A stretch of DNA of 32,000 nucleotides from Synechococcus sp. A15-24. GTDB taxonomy: Bacteria; Cyanobacteriota; Cyanobacteriia; PCC-6307; Cyanobiaceae. The translations under genes and the position numbers were made by a program. Each line of letters begins with the position of its first letter. Positions within the stretch are counted from its first letter, which is position 1. Of the stretch, positions 27,847-32,000 are shown piece after piece. Below the pieces are notes generated by a model that was not told where the DNA came from, did not search any database, and saw nothing but the letters and a program-made list of their open reading frames with translations. Location of the stretch: assembly GCF_014280195.1 (NCBI RefSeq), contig NZ_CP047960.1, forward strand, positions 1,320,001 to 1,352,000, written 5' to 3'.

Positions 27847-28347
27847 ATGCTCGAGCTGCTTCCTGCTCTCAACGACAAGAACCTTCCCTGGCTCGACGTC
27901 ATCCATCCGATCGTCGTGCATTTCGTCATCTCGATGGCGCTGATCACCGTCGTCTTCGATCTGATCGGAGTCGTTACCAGAAAGAAGAACCTGTTTGAGG
28001 TCAGCTTCTGGAACCTGATCGTCGCCACTGTGGCGATCATCGTCGCCATCATCTTCGGACAGATCGAAGCCGGTCTGGCCAATCCCTACGGCGCCTCGCG
28101 AGACATCCTCAATTACCACAGCACCATTGGTTGGTCCCTGGCCGGCGTGCTGGCATTGCTCACCGGCTGGCGTTACGTCGCCCGTCAGAAAGACCCCAAC
28201 GTCCTGCCGAAGGGGTTCCTTGCCATCGACTTCGTCCTGGCGGGTCTGGTGTTCGCCCAGGTGTACCTCGGCGACAAGCTCGTCTGGGTTTATGGCCTTC
28301 ATACGGTTCCGGTGGTGGAAGCAATCCGTGAAGGGGTGCTCTCATGA
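27847..28347 (+). CDS. DUF2231-like polytopic membrane protein, paralog 1 (first gene of the oxidase operon)
   Basis: I prefer the ATG at 27847 within track ORF 27820..28347 (TTG). The motif is LPWLDVIHPIVVHFVISMALITVVFDLIG, with a later NYHSTIGWSL. By eye it has several hydrophobic segments (roughly four). Confidence 0.65.
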   Translation: MLELLPALNDKNLPWLDVIHPIVVHFVISMALITVVFDLIGVVTRKKNLFEVSFWNLIVATVAIIVAIIFGQIEAGLANPYGASRDILNYHSTIGWSLAGVLALLTGWRYVARQKDPNVLPKGFLAIDFVLAGLVFAQVYLGDKLVWVYGLHTVPVVEAIREGVLS

Positions 28348-28964
28348 CCCTGTTTGCCGCGATTGCATCGCCGATTAACGACATCGCCGACTCCCTCGGC
28401 GCTAATGACCTTCCCTACGCGATTCCCCTGCACCCGAACCTGGTGCATCTCACCATCGGGCTGTTCGCGATCGGGATCGCCTTCGACTTCGCTGGCGCGT
28501 TTTACCCTTTGGAGAAAAGGATCTTCCGCTTCCTGGCCCTGCCCGTGACCCGCAGCGGCTTTCACGATGTGGGCTGGTACAACCTCGTGGCCTGCAGCGG
28601 TATCACCTTCTTCACGGTGGCCGCCGGCTTCTACGAAATGCTGTTGGCGGTACCGCTGCCGGGCATCCGCAGCATCCTCGGCCAGACCGCCATCGACACC
28701 ATGCTCTGGCATGCCATCGGTGGAGTTGCCATTCTGCTGGTGATCGTCGCCATGACTGTCTGGCGCGGTTACCAACGTTTCATCTGGCGCAAAGACCTGG
28801 GACGTCAGGTGACCTGGCTGTACCTGTTCTGCGGGGCCTCGATACTGATGCTGATGGGCCTGCACGGAAGCCTCGGCGCTTGGCTCGCCAGCGATTTCGG
28901 TATTCACATCACCGCCGACCAACTGCTGGCCGCCGGTGCCGATCTCAATGAGGTGCTGCCATGA
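28344..28964 (+). CDS. DUF2231-like polytopic membrane protein, paralog 2
   Basis: ATGA overlap with paralog 1. The motif LPYAIPLHPNLVHLTIGLFAIGIAFDFAG and the later MLWHAIGG parallel those of paralog 1. Confidence 0.65.
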   Translation: MTLFAAIASPINDIADSLGANDLPYAIPLHPNLVHLTIGLFAIGIAFDFAGAFYPLEKRIFRFLALPVTRSGFHDVGWYNLVACSGITFFTVAAGFYEMLLAVPLPGIRSILGQTAIDTMLWHAIGGVAILLVIVAMTVWRGYQRFIWRKDLGRQVTWLYLFCGASILMLMGLHGSLGAWLASDFGIHITADQLLAAGADLNEVLP

Positions 28965-29896
28965 CCACCACTGCTCCCAAGAACAGCCCGAACATCGGCG
29001 CCATCGTGATCATCACGATCGCTGTGGTGATCAATCTGGTGATCGCCAAATTGATGGCGATGTGGTCCTACAGCTGGTTTCCGCCGCAGGCCTCTTCGGC
29101 GGCGCCCTACGTCGACGACCTGTTCGCGTTGGAAACGGGCATCGGCTCCTTCATTTTCTTCGGCTGCACCGGAGTGATGGGTTGGGTGCTGCTGTTCAAC
29201 CGCGCTGGTAAGTACGACGAAAGCGATGGTGCGCCGATTGAAGGCAACACCAAGCTGGAAATCATCTGGACGATCATCCCCCTGGTGACGGTCTTAGTGA
29301 TCGCTGCCTACACGATGAACGTCAACATGAAGCTTCAGAACCTTGGTCCGAAGCACAAATACACCATCGGCACAGACCCAACGGCATTGATGGAGGCCGA
29401 TCCCATCGCAGACGTGGGCCCAATCGATGTGATTGCGCGCCAATGGAGCTGGGAATTTGTCTATCCCAATGGTGTGCGCAGCTCAGAGCTGCATCTGCCT
29501 GTTGATCAACGGGTCAATTTCCGCTTGATCTCTGAAGACGTTCTGCACAGTTTTTTCGTTCCGGCCTTCCGCCTGAAGCAGGACATCATCCCCGGCAGCA
29601 TCATTTCCTACAGCCTGACGCCAACCAAAGAAGGGCGATTCCGGTTGCGGGACGCCATGTTCAGCGGTGCCTATTTCTCCCAGAACCAGACCGACGTCAT
29701 CGTCGAATCCGATCAGGCCTACGGCGATTGGCTGACAACAACCGCCAAGCAACCGCTGCAACCTGGCCTTGACCCTGGCCGTGCTCTTTACGACCGCCGC
29801 ATCGCCCGCGGCGACAAGGGATGGGCCACGGTGCCGCCTGCACCGCCCCCAATGGTGAACGACCCCGGCGATCCCTCCATCCCCCATGACGCCTGA
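28961..29896 (+). CDS. ctaC: heme-copper oxidase subunit II lacking the CuA site (ARTO-type CtaCII)
   Basis: ATGA overlap with the upstream gene. The product has two N-terminal transmembrane segments and a cupredoxin domain: IARQWSWEF, LHLPVDQRVNFRLISEDVLHSFFVPAFRLKQD. The CuA loop reads DAMFSGAYFSQN instead of CxExCGxxHxxM. Confidence 0.88.
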   Translation: MTTTAPKNSPNIGAIVIITIAVVINLVIAKLMAMWSYSWFPPQASSAAPYVDDLFALETGIGSFIFFGCTGVMGWVLLFNRAGKYDESDGAPIEGNTKLEIIWTIIPLVTVLVIAAYTMNVNMKLQNLGPKHKYTIGTDPTALMEADPIADVGPIDVIARQWSWEFVYPNGVRSSELHLPVDQRVNFRLISEDVLHSFFVPAFRLKQDIIPGSIISYSLTPTKEGRFRLRDAMFSGAYFSQNQTDVIVESDQAYGDWLTTTAKQPLQPGLDPGRALYDRRIARGDKGWATVPPAPPPMVNDPGDPSIPHDA

Positions 29897-29899
29897 GCG

Positions 29900-31624
29900 A
29901 TGACCACCACCAATTACGACCCCCGCGTCCTCAAGGCGCCCCATCCCGTACCCGGTGCTCCGGACAACTGGAAGCGCTTCTTCAGCTTCAACACCGATGC
30001 CAAGGTGATCGGCATCCAGTACATCGCCACCTCGCTGTTTTTCCTGCTGGTTGGAGGTCTGCTGGCCATGATCGTGCGCGGTGAACTGATCACACCGCCG
30101 GCCGATCTTGTTGATCCCACGGTTTACAACGGGCTCTACACCATGCACGGAACAGTGATGCTGTTCCTCTTTTTGTTCCCGATTCTCAACGGCTTCAACA
30201 ACCTGTTGATCCCCACGATGATCGGTGCGCCGGACATGGCGTTTCCGAAGCTCAACGCTGCAGCCTTCTGGCTGGTGCCGGTGTTCGCCGTCGTGCTGAT
30301 GGGCAGTTTCTTCGCCCCCGGCGGTCCAGCCTCCTCGGGCTGGTGGTCCTATCCGCCGATGAGTCTGCAGAACCCCCTGGGGCACTTCATCAACGGTGAG
30401 TTCCTCTGGATCCTGGCGGTAGCGCTGTCGGGAATCTCCTCGATCATGGGCGCCGTCAATTTCGTGACGACGATCATCCGCATGCGCGCCCCCGGCATGG
30501 GCTTTTTCAAGATGCCGGTGTTCGTGTGGACCGCCTGGGCCGCCCAGACGATTCAATTGATCGGCCTGCCGGCCCTCACCGGTGGCGCTGTGATGTTGCT
30601 GTTTGACCTCAGCTTCGGCACCAGCTTTTTCCGGCCTGAGGGCGGTGGTGATCCGGTGCTGTTCCAACACTTCTTCTGGTTCTATTCGCACCCCGCCGTG
30701 TATGTGCTGGTGCTGCCGGTGTTTGGCATCTTCTCTGAGCTGTTCCCCGTTTATGCCCGCAAGCCGCTGTTCGGCTACCGGTTCGTAGCCATCGCCTCCT
30801 TCGGCATCACCTTCCTCAGCCTGATCGTGTGGGCGCACCACATGTTCTACACAGGCACACCGAACTGGATGCGCCATATCTTCATGTTCACCACGATGTT
30901 GATCGCGGTGCCCACCGGCGTGAAGGTGTTCGCCTGGCTGGGAACGCTGTGGCAGGGAAATTTGAGGCTGAACACGCCGATGTTGTTCTGCCTCGGAGGC
31001 CTGTTCAACTTCATCTTCGCCGGCATCACAGGCGTGATGCTGGCCACGGTGCCGATCGACATTCACGTGGGTAACACCGCCTTTGTGGTGGCCCATTTCC
31101 ACTACGTGATCTTCAACACGATCGCCTTTGGGGTGTTCGCCGGCATCTATCACTGGTTCCCGAAATTCACCGGCCGCATGTACTACGAGGGCCTCGGCAA
31201 GGTGCACTTTGTGCTCACCTTCATCGGCGCCACCTTGAACTGGCTGCCGATTCACTGGGCCGGCCTGCTCGGCATGCCCCGCCGAGTGGCCTCCTACGAC
31301 CCGGAATTCGCCATCTGGAACGTACTGGGCAGCATCGGCGCCTTCATGCTCGGCGTTGCCTCGATCCCTTTCATTCTCAACATGGTGAGTTCCTGGGCAC
31401 GCGGCCCGAAGGCCCCTGCCAATCCCTGGCGGGCCATCGGTTTGGAGTGGTTGCTGCCCTCCCCGCCACCGGCTGAAAACTTCGAGGACGACATCCCCAC
31501 CGTGATTAGCGAGCCCTACGGCTACGGCCTGGGCCACCCCCTCGTCGAGGACGAGGAGTTCTACGTCCGCCGTTCCCAGGAGGCCTTAACCGATGACCAG
31601 CGTCAACCCCGACATTCAGCTTAA
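29900..31624 (+). CDS. ctaD: heme-copper oxidase subunit I (A2-type, YSHPAV motif)
   Basis: 574 aa. Motifs include FFWFYSHPAVYVLVLP, WAHHMF, VAHFHYV and PRR. Confidence 0.95.
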   Translation: MTTTNYDPRVLKAPHPVPGAPDNWKRFFSFNTDAKVIGIQYIATSLFFLLVGGLLAMIVRGELITPPADLVDPTVYNGLYTMHGTVMLFLFLFPILNGFNNLLIPTMIGAPDMAFPKLNAAAFWLVPVFAVVLMGSFFAPGGPASSGWWSYPPMSLQNPLGHFINGEFLWILAVALSGISSIMGAVNFVTTIIRMRAPGMGFFKMPVFVWTAWAAQTIQLIGLPALTGGAVMLLFDLSFGTSFFRPEGGGDPVLFQHFFWFYSHPAVYVLVLPVFGIFSELFPVYARKPLFGYRFVAIASFGITFLSLIVWAHHMFYTGTPNWMRHIFMFTTMLIAVPTGVKVFAWLGTLWQGNLRLNTPMLFCLGGLFNFIFAGITGVMLATVPIDIHVGNTAFVVAHFHYVIFNTIAFGVFAGIYHWFPKFTGRMYYEGLGKVHFVLTFIGATLNWLPIHWAGLLGMPRRVASYDPEFAIWNVLGSIGAFMLGVASIPFILNMVSSWARGPKAPANPWRAIGLEWLLPSPPPAENFEDDIPTVISEPYGYGLGHPLVEDEEFYVRRSQEALTDDQRQPRHSA

Positions 31625-32000
31625 TCACACCCCGGGCCATGTGAAGCACGACGGTCACAACATGACCGGTTTCGTGATCTTCCTCTGCTCCGAGAGCGTC
31701 ATCTTCCTGGCCTTCTTCGCCGGCTACGCCGTGCTCAAGCTCACGGCTCCTCAATGGCTACCGGATGGCGTTGAGGGGTTGGAGGTACGCATGCCTCTGA
31801 TCAACAGCGTGGTGCTGGTGAGCTCCAGTTTTGTGGCCTATTTAGCCGAGCGCTATCTGCACAAGGGCAACCTCTGGGGTTTCCGGGCGGTGTGGTTCCT
31901 CACCATGGCGATGGGGTCCTACTTCGTCTACGGGCAGTACGTCGAATGGTCGGAACTCACCTTCAGCCTCAGCAGCGGTGTGTTCGGCGGGATGTTCTAT
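31593..32000 (+). CDS. ctaE: heme-copper oxidase subunit III, N-terminal part (runs off the right edge)
   Basis: My own translation from the ATG at 31593 gives MTSVNPDIQLNHTPGHVKHDGHNMTGFVIFLCSESVIFLAFFAGY...LINSVVLVSSSF...GQYVEWSEL. The frame is open to the window end. It overlaps the ctaD 3' end by 32 nt. It is not in the ORF track because no stop lies inside the window. Confidence 0.85.
   Translation, partial: MTSVNPDIQLNHTPGHVKHDGHNMTGFVIFLCSESVIFLAFFAGYAVLKLTAPQWLPDGVEGLEVRMPLINSVVLVSSSFVAYLAERYLHKGNLWGFRAVWFLTMAMGSYFVYGQYVEWSELTFSLSSGVFGGMFY

Noticed and set aside
27343-28302. A 319-aa minus-strand ORF spanning the antiporter 3' end and DUF2231-like paralog 1.
   Set aside because: It is antisense to two membrane-protein genes and is Asp/His/Gln-rich with no hydrophobic structure or motifs.
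29483-31537. A 684-aa minus-strand ORF covering ctaC and ctaD.
   Set aside because: It is antisense to an unmistakable heme-copper oxidase subunit I. The translation is Gly/His/Arg/Glu-rich with no motifs. This is a typical stop-poor antisense frame in high-GC DNA.
1-32000. A search by eye for CRISPR repeats, IS or transposase ends, long tandem repeats and HIP1 (GCGATCGC) enrichment.
   Set aside because: No spaced direct repeats and no transposase-like ORFs were seen. I noticed only one GCGATCGC (around 14884). Nothing is reportable.

Overview
This window is gene-dense core chromosome from a high-GC marine picocyanobacterium, most like Synechococcus subcluster 5.1. That assignment rests on gene content (petE, petJ, ndhL, bicA-type SulP, cyAbrB, Ycf51-like, Nif11 proteins) and on my reading of the protein sequences. 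I call about 46 CDS and one tRNA-Leu(UAA). I see no transposase, integrase, phage genes, CRISPR array or rRNA.

Recognisable housekeeping genes are glgB, hemE, petE, petJ, clpB, queD, hisIE, trpA, ndhL, pyrC, a group-2-like sigma factor and a cyAbrB regulator.

The right end carries a translationally coupled operon. Two paralogous His-motif membrane proteins (DUF2231-like) are followed by heme-copper oxidase subunits II, I and III. Subunit II has lost every CuA ligand except the first His, which makes it ARTO-type (ctaCII/DII/EII). This five-gene module is my best candidate for an undescribed functional unit.

Other points worth a second look:
- petJ is followed after 4 nt by a Nif11-domain gene and two coupled unknown ORFs.
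- A Nif11-cupin fusion overlaps psiE by 86 nt in convergent orientation.
- A secreted DUF3887-like gene appears to be cut off from its signal peptide by a 1-nt frameshift.
- bicA, pyrC and a thioredoxin-like gene form a string with overlapping stops and starts, divergent from a Na+/Ca2+ antiporter.
- A metzincin gene is coupled to a DUF2214 gene.
- The sigma factor has unusual cysteines.

Many long ORFs in the track are antisense artefacts of the high GC content, and I rejected them. All family names come from motif recognition by eye, with no database search.
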